A stretch of 64,000 nucleotides of DNA from Flectonema sp. DT1601 (Eukaryota): contig OZ025803.1 of assembly GCA_964019425.1 (NCBI GenBank), positions 496,001-560,000 on the forward strand, in the 5' to 3' direction. Of this stretch, positions 1 to 11,715 are shown piece by piece (within the stretch, counting starts at the first letter, position 1; every line of letters begins with the position of its first letter). The position numbers and the translations under genes were made by a program. The notes beneath the pieces were generated by a model. It was given only the letters and a program-made list of their open reading frames with translations. It ran no database searches and was not told the origin of the DNA.

Positions 1-254
1 CTCATAGGAACCTGTCCCGTAATCTGAGGCTGCATGTGAACTGCATTTGGGTCGACTGCAACGAATTGCTGCATACCAGGACCGTTTTGTTGCTGTTTTT
101 TTTAATTGTTGTGTTATTTCTACAACTAAATAGCTAAACCAACTACATACGAAAAAGAAATACAAAACAAAACACATACAAAAGTAGGCATCACGAAGCA
201 CGGTTGTTGAACAATTTGTTGCCCTGCGTTAAACGTCTGCTGAGTTGCGAGCAT
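1..254 (-). CDS. 5' part of a Q/P-rich hypothetical protein (runs off the window edge); exons 254-180 and 92-<1
   Basis: ATG at 254; MLATQQTFNAGQQIVQQPCFVMPTF, then GTATGT donor at 179 and aaaacag acceptor at 93, continuing in frame as QQNGPGMQQFVAVDPNAVHMQPQITGQVPM; tttttcag upstream at 273. Confidence 0.65.
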
Positions 255-445
255 CTTTGGGCGGGGAGGGGACTGAAAAACATGCATGAATAATAAAATT
301 AAGAATTAAATTCAAAGACAGGAAGAGTCTATAGACGAAGTATAACAACTATGGAACAATCTGTCGATTATCACCTTCATTCCCACACAACAATAACAGT
401 AACAGTATAAGACAAAAAGTAGAGCATCTGTGGGTTGGGTGTTGC

Positions 446-931
446 TCATGCTTTACAATGTTTAAGATCTTTTCTATCAGACTCTGACTTACGTTTTGCC
501 GCTGCGTTGTCAAATGGGACATCAACTCGGTGTGGGGAGAAGTCAAAAATTGCTTTTGAATCGCTGTCGAAAACACAAATTAAAAGACTTTTTCGAACCT
601 TTTCAGCAAGCCTAGCGAGCCCCTGAAGCTCTAACCAACTAAGGGAGTCAGCATGTGATGTAACGTGTACGCAATATTCTGAATGATATAAATTGGGATC
701 TCCTCTATACAATACGAAGTCACAGCCGTACATGCCGCCACTTCTCACTGTAAATCCTTTACTTTCGTACCACTCTCGAACAGATGTTGTAGTCGGATCG
801 ATGTCTGCCCATCCACTGGGGGCAGTGGTTGTAGCAATTTGCTTCTCAACGATGTCTTCACCTCTAAAATACTTCGTGACGTACCTTCCCCATGCTGGAT
901 TTGGAAGGTTGCTACTTATTGAAGATAACAT
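446..931 (-). CDS. tRNA-splicing endonuclease catalytic subunit (SEN2/SEN34-like)
   Basis: GFTVRSGGMYGCDFVLYRGDPNLYHSEY...LARLAEKVRKSLLIC matches the tRNA intron endonuclease catalytic domain, with the Tyr/His/Lys triad present. SEN2 vs SEN34 not resolved. Confidence 0.85.
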   Translation of the reverse strand: MLSSISSNLPNPAWGRYVTKYFRGEDIVEKQIATTTAPSGWADIDPTTTSVREWYESKGFTVRSGGMYGCDFVLYRGDPNLYHSEYCVHVTSHADSLSWLELQGLARLAEKVRKSLLICVFDSDSKAIFDFSPHRVDVPFDNAAAKRKSESDRKDLKHCKA

Positions 932-1268
932 CAATTGGTGTTGGTACCTGTTGAAATTAAAGTAACGAGTGTGCTTCTGAGCTTCTGCTAAGATTTCTAA
1001 TCAAATTTCTCTCATACAGATTTGATAACAATCGCTGCAGGGGAAATAATATCATATTAACTCTCCAATGAAGAAAAAGAAAAAAAATCCAATCTTTTGG
1101 ACTACAAGTTGTAATTAATTAACTTTTACGTCATCTTTTAAGATGATTTTTTGTTTAACAAAACCGAAACATAAATATGTAAATCAAACCACTTCTGGTG
1201 TGCTTCAATCTTGAACAGGATGTTCCACCGCCTTCGTGTTGCAGAAGGCGTTTATCTATTGCGATAAA

Positions 1269-1955
1269 TTACTTCTTACTGGTTCCTAAAAGGTTTTGAA
1301 GATTATTAGTTAGTTTTGCGTTTGCCTTTTTCAGTAAAGCAACTTCCTGCTGATGGTTTTCAAAGTCTCGTTTACGTCTTTCAACTTCTTCCTGTTCAAC
1401 TACCTGACATTTTGCGAGAAGCTCCTCAACTCTTGCTGAGGATTCGGAGTTGTCATTTTCGAGATTTCGGATTTCATTTTCCATATCAGCTCGGAGAAGC
1501 TCGGCTTTCAATGCTTTTCGCATACCAAATGCTACAGAAGATTCGTATAGCGTTTTATATGTATTTATATTCATTCGAACCTCATCTCTAATTCCTAATA
1601 ATAACATTCCTCTCTCAACACAACTAACTGTCACTTGACGAATTAATTCATCAAATGTTTGTGCGTAAAGATCTTCTCTCACGGGACAAATTCCCATTTC
1701 TCTTGCATGTCGTTGTTGTAACTTTGCGTCTAATATTTCTTGTAAGTTTATTACGTCCATTTTAGTAGCTGGTGTGCTTGATACATATTGTATCCATTCA
1801 GCGTCTTCTTCCCTCCATTTTCTTGGAGGAACAATCGTATTTAATGTTTCCTCAGCTACTTGAGCAGGTCCTTTAGTGACCTTTCTCTTGTGAACTTCCG
1901 ATACGAGTACCGGATTCTCATAGCTCACAAGTGACTCAGGAGGGTGTTGGTTCAT
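1269..1955 (-). CDS. DNALI1: axonemal inner-arm dynein light intermediate chain p28
   Basis: LNTIVPPRKW...WIQYVSSTPATKMDVINLQEILDAKLQQRHAREMGICPVREDLYAQTFDELIRQVT...ERGMLLLGIRDE is the p28 family signature. Confidence 0.93.
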   Translation of the reverse strand: MNQHPPESLVSYENPVLVSEVHKRKVTKGPAQVAEETLNTIVPPRKWREEDAEWIQYVSSTPATKMDVINLQEILDAKLQQRHAREMGICPVREDLYAQTFDELIRQVTVSCVERGMLLLGIRDEVRMNINTYKTLYESSVAFGMRKALKAELLRADMENEIRNLENDNSESSARVEELLAKCQVVEQEEVERRKRDFENHQQEVALLKKANAKLTNNLQNLLGTSKK

Positions 1956-2226
1956 TGTGATTGCTTTTCAGCTTTTTTTTCTGTTATTGAAAAAAAAAAA
2001 AAATTACAAATTAAAAGTTGCAAATTTACCTGAATTATTGTACTGTTATTTTTTCATTTGGTACTTAAGTTAGATTACCAGAAAAGGGAATTCGGCATAC
2101 TAATCGCCGACTTGTAATCCAGAGATGACCTGCATTTTGCAATGCCGGAAGACGTAACATATTTAAGAAAGTAATATAACGAAACAAATAAAACAACAGA
2201 AAGATATTCCTAACGAGTACTCACAG

Positions 2227-4017
2227 TTAGCTGTCTGTTTGTACTTTCATTAGAACTTGTTGTCGAGCGTCAGCAGTACTTCGAATGTCAGTTAACTTCT
2301 GCTGATGTTCGAGAGAAGATTTTGTTTTGTCGGTTTCAATTTGATTTAACTCTGACCTGAGAGATTCGATTCGGTCTTCCAGTTCCTTCTTTTCTGATGC
2401 CCACGTGTCACTTCCACGAGCCATCTTTGCTGCTTCACATTTTCCCTCCAGAATAGCTTCCTCTTCACTCCAATTATTTTGGTGTAGTCGCAAGGCTTCT
2501 TTCATCTTCTTAACTACTTGTCGATCTCTTTCCAGAGCGCGTTCCCTTTCTTCATATTCGCTCTTTAGGTGGTTTGCGATATTGTTGTTCTTTTTGAGGT
2601 TTTCTCGTTGCATCTCGAGCTCTCGTTCTCCATTTTGTTTAGTAGAATTGAGTTTCTCAGTTTGGAGGATGATATGTTCTTCGATTTGTTTGAGACGTTC
2701 TGTGAGGCGTTTTTTTTCTTCAGGAAGACCATCGCGTTTGGATTTTGAAGCCGTGCGAGCTTCTTCTACTTTGGCAGCTAGTTTTTCAGAAGTGTCAGCC
2801 TGTGCCTCAACCTTCTGACTTGCGATTGTTAGTTCTGATTGTAACTTTCTAATTCTTTCAATGTACTCTTTGTATGTTACTTTTAGTTTATCCAATTCCG
2901 AGTCTTTTTGAGCGAGTTTGGCTCTTGACTTCTGAACTGCTGCTGCTGTTGCTTTAGCAGAGTCAACTGTAGTCTTTCTCTTTAACGTTTCTCGTAATTG
3001 AAATGCCTGCTGCTCTAGTGATTCCATCAACTGGGAAAGCCTTTCGTACTTTGTGTAAGCTGACTTTGATTTACAGTCGGTGATTGCTGCTGTAAGTACT
3101 TGTAGTTCATTATGCATGCTGACAAGTCTTCTTTTATAAGCAATTACTCGAGCTGTTTCGCTAACTATTCGTCCATTTATTGATTCAATTCTCTCTCTCC
3201 CTTGTTGTGGAGGAGTGGCGACATGTTCTAATTCAGATCTGGTTGGAGAGTTGTTGGTTCCAGTTGGTCTGAATGTCTTCTGACGAGTTTCACGTTCTCT
3301 GTAAGCTCCTAAGTGAGATACTGTGTAGTATTTACGATGAACACAAAGGTTTCCATTTGATTGAAGTAGTGCTTCGTACTTCCTCTTTTCGTGAAGTAGT
3401 TCTCGTTGTGCTTTTCTACGTGTAGTTCGGAGTTGGTGTCTGTCTTTTTGAAGTTGTTGTATCTGTTTCTTTACATCCAGCAGCTCAGCATACACACGAG
3501 CAGCAAACCCCGTCTCAACTTCCAGTTGTGGTGCTGTCGAATGAAACGATAATTTTACAGGCGCCGCACTTCCTGTTGTTGCAGAACTGTTTCCTGCATT
3601 CCTAAATCTCCCAGTTCTTGACTTTGCCGTCTTGTTATTCACTGTTGTGTCAGCCTGTGTATTGTTTGCTGCAGTTTCTGCTTCTCTGTTACTACTTTTC
3701 ACATTTCGATATTGAGAGAACGATCTACTTTTAATTACATCATCTTGGATTGTGGATATCTCTTCCGTCGCTTTAGATTCCCATGCTCGTGAAAGTTTGG
3801 CAAAGTCTTTTCCAGTAAGTGGGTTACTGTTGTTGTCCTTCGCATCAAAAAAACTTGTTTTCTTTGGAGTTGTAGCAATGAGGATGGTTGAATCAAGTGA
3901 ACTGATAGGAACAACACTTTCAACTGCTGGTGACGCTGGTGTACTCAAGTCTTCATGAACTATCTTTTCCCGTTCAACACTTTCACAATAGTCCGAGTCA
4001 CTGTCATAAATAACCAT
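2227..4017 (-). CDS. long coiled-coil hypothetical protein
   Basis: Intronless ORF of about 600 aa; E/K/Q/L heptad-rich C-terminal two-thirds; probable start at MVIYDSD (4017). Confidence 0.75.
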   Translation of the reverse strand: MVIYDSDSDYCESVEREKIVHEDLSTPASPAVESVVPISSLDSTILIATTPKKTSFFDAKDNNSNPLTGKDFAKLSRAWESKATEEISTIQDDVIKSRSFSQYRNVKSSNREAETAANNTQADTTVNNKTAKSRTGRFRNAGNSSATTGSAAPVKLSFHSTAPQLEVETGFAARVYAELLDVKKQIQQLQKDRHQLRTTRRKAQRELLHEKRKYEALLQSNGNLCVHRKYYTVSHLGAYRERETRQKTFRPTGTNNSPTRSELEHVATPPQQGRERIESINGRIVSETARVIAYKRRLVSMHNELQVLTAAITDCKSKSAYTKYERLSQLMESLEQQAFQLRETLKRKTTVDSAKATAAAVQKSRAKLAQKDSELDKLKVTYKEYIERIRKLQSELTIASQKVEAQADTSEKLAAKVEEARTASKSKRDGLPEEKKRLTERLKQIEEHIILQTEKLNSTKQNGERELEMQRENLKKNNNIANHLKSEYEERERALERDRQVVKKMKEALRLHQNNWSEEEAILEGKCEAAKMARGSDTWASEKKELEDRIESLRSELNQIETDKTKSSLEHQQKLTDIRSTADARQQVLMKVQTDS

Positions 4018-4231
4018 TTTATATAAATAACACGACTGGTGTGAATGAATTAAATTTTTTTTTCCATTTTTTTGCATATGTAAATAAAAAAAAAAAAAAA
4101 AACCCTCCCTTCAAATAACTAAAATATTTTCCCCTTTGAAGGATTCACTCAATAAGTCACTCGTTACGTAATATTGTTATAACAGCCATGCCTCACATGC
4201 GAAAGTAGGATTGCTGGAACTAACCAACTTG

Positions 4232-5179
4232 TTAACCAAATTTAGAATGAATGCTATTACTGTTGTATAATTTCGTAGCTGAAGCTTTCTTTACACCCCT
4301 CTCTGCAGTAGCAGTAAAACCTGGTCTATTCTTAACAAACCAACAGTACTTCGCCATTCTGAAATCCTGATAATCTCTCTCAAAATCTCCCGCACGAAGA
4401 TGGGCAGAGAGCGCGTCAGACCCTGCTCCACCGATAAGAGCAGCGCAAAGGGCAGGAATCTTGGTATAGGTTCTCCTGAAGGACAATAAAATAGCAGTTA
4501 CAGTTGGGAATAAAGCCGTATAGAATACTCGTACGTCAGTTCTTTTGTCATATATCCTCTGAACTAGAAGGTGTTCTTCTTCACAATCTTGATCAGCATG
4601 TTGTAAAGTAGAGAAGTCTGTTACTGGGTAGTAATGTTTTCTTTTTGGCCAATTTCCGGGTTCAGAGACACTTGAATTGATGTCGACAGCGCTGTTTGCT
4701 GCGAGTTTTGCTGAAAGCCATCCTCTAACAGATCTCCTGTTGAGATCGGGTCGCAGCTTGTCAACTTCAATAGCTGCCTCTCGTCTTTTGATTAGTAGAC
4801 TTGTTTCTCGTCTCTTCCATTCGTCAAAATTAAGATTCTTACGATGCATCATATTGTCTGGACTATACAAAGCCATGTTCTCTTTGCTGTCTACTTCAGC
4901 AAGCATTTCATGAATCCTTCTGACCTTTGCGAAGTGCTCTGTCATTATATCTTCTTGTCTTCTGTTAGCGATATCTCCAACTCTAGTTTTACGAACCTCT
5001 CGAACTCGATCAAACTCAGCAGTTTCCTCCTTCACACGATCCTCAAGTGTAGAAGAGTCATAATAATCTAAATAATGTTTTGATCCATAGTGATATCTGT
5101 CATCTATTATTTCTTTTGGGGTTTCAATTGGATTCGACTGCTCAACACCGAATAGCAGTCGTGAAACAAGCGATGTCAT
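4232..5179 (-). CDS. hypothetical protein with C-terminal hydrophobic hairpin
   Basis: Open ORF; probable start MTSLVSRLL (5179); two hydrophobic segments, FYTALFPTVTAILLSF and IPALCAALIGGAG. Confidence 0.7.
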   Translation of the reverse strand: MTSLVSRLLFGVEQSNPIETPKEIIDDRYHYGSKHYLDYYDSSTLEDRVKEETAEFDRVREVRKTRVGDIANRRQEDIMTEHFAKVRRIHEMLAEVDSKENMALYSPDNMMHRKNLNFDEWKRRETSLLIKRREAAIEVDKLRPDLNRRSVRGWLSAKLAANSAVDINSSVSEPGNWPKRKHYYPVTDFSTLQHADQDCEEEHLLVQRIYDKRTDVRVFYTALFPTVTAILLSFRRTYTKIPALCAALIGGAGSDALSAHLRAGDFERDYQDFRMAKYCWFVKNRPGFTATAERGVKKASATKLYNSNSIHSKFG

Positions 5180-7144
5180 TCTTTTTCGTTTATATCTTCG
5201 CTGGCCGGAAAGAACAATGGAAATGATGAAATATGAACTGTTCCTTTGTGAGAATACAATAAAAACTGTACCATGCAACCGTGGAATTATACGTTGCAAA
5301 TGAAAGGGGAAAAAAAATCATCCACAACTACTTAAAAAAATAAGAATCCGAGAAAATAAAAAAAATAAAAAAGAGAAAAACACTCATCAGGCAAGGAGGG
5401 GCTCTTTGAACAATTTTGTGCGGGAGAGAAAACTCGTGCGCGGCAGAAGGGGGACAAAGAAGAAAAAAGAAAAAAACAAGAACGAGAAAAAAATGATTCG
5501 CAAAGCCAAACTAAGTAGACTTAATTATTTTTATTCCTTTTTTTTGTATCGTAGACATTCTCTGAAAGAAAGCAACAACAACAACAACAACAACAAAACA
5601 ATTAGTAATCAAAGTAGCACTACACGATACACTAACAAAATAAAAAAAAATAAAAAACAACAAGCGGCACAGTACCTAAAAAGCTAATACCCAATAACCA
5701 AAGGAAAGTCAGTGCACAGAAAGTCCAAATTAATGAAGGAACACTACAAATGTGAGATAATAATAATACATTGAATCACTTGTCCAAACACCAAGCGATA
5801 ACACAAAACAGGGATAAGGTACATTGTTAGTAATTTAAACTCTCTCTTCCAATGACGACATGACGACGGGAATTGCTTTCGGATGGCAAGCAGTAACTTA
5901 TAAGATTCAAATCAGTTTTTTCATAAAAAAAAGTAGAAGAAAAATAAAAAAAGGGGGGGGGAAAAACGTTTTGTTAACTAAATCAGACAAACAGGCGCAT
6001 TCGTTCACCGCTTTGGTGCCTCGCAATGGGATTTCCCACCAGAGAGAAGAGCATTGTGTCTGATTCTTTTTTCTCATCACTGAAACACAGACACAGTATT
6101 TCAATTTGTTCACTCTCTCTACGTACTTCGCACTCTGTATTAACAGAGTTCTAAAAGTGATATCACATTACTGCGACCGTCAAGCAGGAGGAAGAAAAAA
6201 AAAGGGAGGGGGAAATCGAAAGGACCACAACTCGTTACGCAAACACTTCAGAAAGCGGGACAAATCCCAATGAGGCTTCTGTGAAAGGACTTGCGTTATA
6301 AAATGGGTCAGCCTGCCTCTAGTCAACTAATGCTCATTTCTAACGTCTTCTCACAAAATAATTTAGTTTTCTTAAATACCAAAAGAAAGGACCGTAGCTA
6401 AAAGAAGACCAATTCTTATTTTCTTATTTTGTGTGCACGAAATCTTTCCTTCCAGTGAAGATGACTAGAACCGTTTGCAACACATTAAATAGAATTCAGC
6501 AAAATCTTGCTGAATTAATACGGGAAAAAAAAAAAAAAAAAAAAAATGAGAGAACTCAGCTTTTGAATATTGATTGAACCGTTTAATACGTGCCTTTTTT
6601 TTTTTTTTTCCCCCCCCCCCTTCCCTATTCTTTTTTTCCCTTTCTCGTTCATTGTGTTACATAACTGCGCAGTAAAGCAGTTTATTAAACCAGGAGAACC
6701 TACAGATTCTACCTGGAGAATGGGGACAGAGGATTCGTTGGGCCTCTTAATAAACTACACATGTGAGGATGGGTGCGAAGGATTTTTTGTATTGAATTTT
6801 TTTTTTTTTGATAATTTTTGAGGTCCGAGGGGGGTTAACTGTATGGGGCATATTTATAGTGACATAAATATAAGTATTGTATCAAAGATAACTAAATGAA
6901 CGTGATACAGTTGACTACAGCAGGTACACAGGGAGGGCAAACTATAAACGGACCGCAGAACAGAAGCAAATTGCTCAACGTAACAAACAGATGCGAAGAA
7001 AACTTTTCAACGCAGCGTAGGACGGCATCATAACAGCCGAAGCTGGTAATGCTGTTCACCCCTAAGATAATACTTAAGGAGGTGGCGTAACAGCCATGTT
7101 TGATTCACTTCAATTCATTTCGGTAAAATACAATATTTACTTAC

Positions 7145-9060
7145 CCTTCTTACCATCACATGCTTCAAGGCATAAGGCGAGTTCTAGTTCCCCTCCTACT
7201 GGTCCTCTGCCTTCATCGCCTCCCTGAATTTGCCATCTGGCAACGATTGGACCGGCACAAAGATCCTCAAGAAGTTCATCCAACATTAGATCAACTCTTC
7301 CTAAGTATTCCTTGCCGAATGTTTTATTGGCGAAGATGGAAACTCGAATGCAGTCTCCCTTTGGAGAGTTGAATCTGAAGATTTCATTTCTTGGCCACCT
7401 GTAGTTGATTGTTTGTAACCATCACATATCAAGGTTATGGATTACTACACTCAGAAAGAATAAACACATACACAGCATCACTGAGAGTCTTTGATCCCTT
7501 CTTCGTCTCACAATTAGTACAAACTGGAGTTGCTACTTTCTGTGGGTTTGGATGCCCAGAAGTGACCTTACCTCCTTTCACTTGACGCAGTTTAACTTCA
7601 CAGTATACTCTGCTCGAACCCTTGTCAACGAGATCGATACCTCTTTGGACATTCATTTCAATGTTAACATTCTTACACTCTTCAACCATTTCCATCCATT
7701 GCGCTATTTCCTCCTTTTGCTGATTATACTGTTTTATGGTGATGGTGATTGCTGAATTACATTAAATGATTAAAAGAAAAAAAATGCCTTCGAAAAATAC
7801 CTTTTGGAGAATTTCCTTGTCTTCGTCACTGACGTGTGCTGGTGGTTGGAGGACCTGTTTTTTAAATTATTTTTATGTTTGTCATTTTGTGGAAGTCAAA
7901 CTTTGCATACTTACGACAGTAATAGTAATGTCTTTAAGGGCACATACCACATCGAAAACAGTTTTCTCTTCCTTGCGGAGTTTTCCGACAGCTTCAATCA
8001 GAGTCTCCTGTGAGTCAACAATATGTCCGTCAACTGAAAGAAGTACAGATGCTGACTTTACTCCAGCACGTAAGCAGGCACCTGTTTGTGTTTGTTTAAA
8101 TTGTAATGTGTGATTAGAGGTAAATAGCAGGTTCAAATACAAACCTGAGACGTCGATGATACGAACTCTACCAGCTCCCGCCAGACAGTCCAGTCCGAGA
8201 GGCTCCTTTGCCCCTTCCAAAGTAACAGTGACTGTCTCATCGTGGAGTTCTTCTTCCTCTTCTTCTTTTTCTTGCTTCTTTTTCTCTTCGATCTCCGCAT
8301 TTTTCTTGTCAAGTTCGTCCTTTTCCCGTGAAGCCTGTTCAGCGACTGCGGCTTCAGCTGCTGCCTTCTCGGCGGCTGCTTCTCTGAGAGTTTCTTTTCT
8401 CTCCGCCTCAGCCTTCTCAGTAGCTGCCTTTTCGTCAGCAATCTTTTTTAATCTTTCGGCCTCTTCAGCCTGTTTCTTCATCTCAGCTAATGCTTCTTGA
8501 GCTTTTTTCATTGCTTCTTCTGCAGCAGCTCTTTCTTCAGCTGCCGCAGCAGCTGCAGCTTCTGCTGCTCTTCTCTCTTCTTCTGCCGCTCTTGCAGCGG
8601 CTAGGTCAGCTTCAATTTTTGCTTTGTTAGCAACTTCAGCTGCCTTCTTTTCTTCTTCTGCTCTTTTCTCAGCCACTACTTGTTCTTTCGCTGCTTTTTC
8701 CGCAGCTTCTTTTTCCTTAACAGCGCGCATTTCGGCTTCTTGTTTTGCTGCCTCGGCCCTTTCAGCCTTTTTTGCAATCAATTTTTCTTCCTCAATTTGA
8801 CGTTCTTTTTGACTGTTTAATCGTTTGATCATATCCGCAAGACCATCGTCTTCGCTTACCGTACTGGAGTCACCACCAGCTTTCGTAATTTTCAAAGCGA
8901 CCACCCTCTGGAGGGCTGCAACGAAATCACCACCGTCCCCCATTAAACTCCAAATCCTAGCAACTTCTCTAATGGTGAGTCCATCAATGAAACTTTTGAT
9001 CTCACCAACGGGTTCCTTACCCGTTTTTTGTTCGTACAATCTGTGAATTTCTGACTGCAT
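7145..9060 (-). CDS. multi-exon coiled-coil + PDZ-like + C2-domain protein; last exon unresolved
   Basis: Exons 9060-8145, 8081-7915, 7854-7801, 7728-7472 and 7398-7145, joined by GT-AG introns that keep the frame. A/E/K coiled coil; PDZ-like EPLGLD...RIIDVSGACLRAGV...LLSVDG; C2-like RGIDLVDK..VYCEVKL...VWPRNEIFRF...IRVSIF...EYLGRVDL. Another donor lies at 7144, with a possible acceptor near 7062. Confidence 0.72.
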
Positions 9061-9330
9061 ATTTAGTTACCTGATTAGATTAAAAGATTCTTTGAACACG
9101 TCTTTGATTATAACAAAACGAAATTAAACCTCAAATCGTATGCGGTACTGGGACCCTAGAGACCCGTCTACGGTACACACTACTCAGAACACTGTCATCC
9201 TAGCTTACCTTTTGACTATAAAACTTTTTTTTTTTTTTTTTAGATCCTTCTTTTTTTTTTTTTTAGTTTTTTTTTTTTCAAAGTTTTTTTAAACGTCTTT
9301 TCTCTTTATCTCTTCTTAGTTTTAGAAGAT

Positions 9331-9368
<38 letters not shown>

Positions 9369-9493
9369 TTTCACCAAAGAATGTGAAGCTAACGACTACC
9401 AGTAAATCGGTAAGTCATCCAGACACATCAGTAGTGTCATTTTAAACAAACACGATTTCCTCAATCAATAAGCTTTGACTTGGAAGAATGTTT

Positions 9494-11100
9494 TCACAGC
9501 TCTTCTTCCTCTTCATCGCTTGTCTTAGTTCCTGAGACAGAAATTCCGGTGTTTTTGTTGATGAATTTCAACAGCCCCTGTATTTAGTTATTTCATTTGT
9601 TTTGTATAATAAAATTTACTATCACTTCGTTCAAGAGTACAATACCTGTAGAGTACGCTCTCCGTTGAATGCCACTGCCTGACCGCGTGCTTTGAAATAA
9701 AAGATGTTTGGGTATCCAGTCACCTGTGTGTGTTAGTTATAATGTTTCTCAGAAAGTTGTTTAGAGACAGCTGTCACATATTACAAACCTCAAATTGACG
9801 TGGAGTTGGAAGATCGTTCTTTGTGGCATCCATTTGCGCGATTCTGATGTTCTCCTTCTCAAGCTGTTTTTTTGTTTTTGTTGTAAATAATTGATAAGCA
9901 GTTTTTTTCTACAGTACTAAAAAAGAGGGTTGCAGTAATTCATACTAATTTAGCTAATTCCTGATAAACAGGTAGGATAGCCTGACAGTGACCACACCAT
10001 GGGGCGTAGAACAAGACAACAACATTTCCCTTAAAGATTTGATCAGCTGCCGTGTCACCAATTAAAGTCGTCAGCCCTCCAACAGTTTTACTGTGAGAAC
10101 GGTCTTCAGAACGTGTTGTGTGGAGAACCTTTCCAGCAGAAACATCATCTAACCAGGTTTTAAGCATTTGTAATTTATATTCATTTTTGTATACAAAGTG
10201 AACATCTCCGTTTTCTACGGCAACTTGCGGAAGAGTACGTGTTTTGATTCCAAGGTTATCCATCAGAGTGGCGTATGAAGTTCCCTTTACCCAGACGAAT
10301 GAGTAGTTTCCGTGTAGCTCAGATGCAACAGGTCTGAATACCTCAAGATCCTTTTCATTATCGAGGAATAACCAGACAAATGGAAGCTTTCTGTTAACAT
10401 ATTTGTCGAAGAGAGAAGGTGTCATTTCAACTACCTCAGGGTACAGCGCATTTGAGATTTCATGGTGAAGAGTTTCGAAGACAAACTCACCCTTAAATTT
10501 GGTCACGACAGTGTTACTTCTGATCTCTAAGGCAGGGGTTACTACATCCGTCTGAAATGAAATTTCAATAAAGACGAGTGATCCTCTTAGCTTCCTTGCG
10601 ACTTTCTCAAATGCGAGTCTTTCACTGGTCTCAGAAGGATCGAAGTATGCTAAAACAACGATATCATCAGTTAATTGTTTTATTATGTGATTCACTTCCT
10701 CATCACTACTTGGGCGATGAAGCTGTCCTACAGTTGTGAACTTTGTTAGGAAGGAGACAATACCTTCTGCCTTCTTCTCTCCCGTGTACTCAACATAAGA
10801 TGAAGAAACTCCATCAGAGAAGATGAGAATGGTCGGGAATGAGTCACAAAATCTCGATCCCGAAGATGCGTCGATCTCAACAAAGTAAACCTTGCTTCCC
10901 ATATCTTCAGCGGCCTTTGCATACTCCGGCATTACGTGTTTACAATGGGAGCACCACGGTAAGAAATAATGCGCTACTACAACGCTATGCTGCTTTACTA
11001 AATTCTCAATTCTGTCTTCTGAGACAGACACAACCGAGGCTCCGAGAGAGCATTGGATGAGCACCGTCACAATTACAAAAAGTGCTGCCAGGCTCCTCAT
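9494..11100 (-). CDS. protein disulfide isomerase (a-b-b'-a'), 4 exons
   Basis: Signal peptide; WCSHC and WCGHC thioredoxin sites; introns 9864-9945, 9724-9788 and 9578-9645 restore MDATKND...EVTGYPNIFYF...FNGERTLQGLLKFI; ends ...EEEEL-TGA. Confidence 0.92.
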
Positions 11101-11715
11101 CGTCGTGGTTTTCCCCCCCTGTCATATGAAAGGATGGTAAGGAAAGTACAACATGTTAACAAACAAAGCTTCAGTGTAGAGAATACGTCGGGCAAAAAAA
11201 AAGTACAACAGAACTTTATATTATAAGTGAGGCCTGTTAATTGATAACTCATTCTTAACTGTGCCCTGGATGATATTTAAATCTGTCAGTGACTGGACGA
11301 CAAGTCTGCTGCCAACACCAGTAGCGTATATTAATGCTGCTGTTAAAATATAGTACTATTAATAATCAGTCACTGCTGGACATTGCGTATTGTGCATCGC
11401 TGACAGCAGACGTAATTTGACCTCATCCTGTTGAGATTCTTATGGATTAAGGCCGAGGGGGTCCTTAACATAGTTAGATTATTTATTTTTTATCTCTTGT
11501 AGTTTTTATCTTAACACTTGTACATATGGTAAGCATACGGGATATCAGTCATTTGATACCACACAACCGTAAAGAATCCCTAGCCAAGAGAGGAGATCGT
11601 TGTTGCTCAGAAGTTGAAAGATTGGTAAAAAAAATAAAAAAAATTATAATTTCTTTTTTTATATTTTGAACAGTTCTCTAAATTAATAATAATAATAATA
11701 ATATATTATTTAATA

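Noticed and set aside
5983..6080. Possible box C/D snoRNA on the minus strand (GTGATGA ... CTGA)
   Set aside because: No convincing rRNA-complementary guide or terminal stem identified; the boxes could occur by chance.
6493..6516. 10-bp-stem hairpin AATTCAGCAA-AATC-TTGCTGAATT (similar one at 20956-20987)
   Set aside because: Short and AT-rich, plausible by chance in 64 kb, with no supporting context.
5406..6821. Short K/F/N-rich ORFs in spacers (also 24174-26781, 34467-34706, 39319-40773, 43713-44172)
   Set aside because: They are translations of A/T homopolymer tracts.
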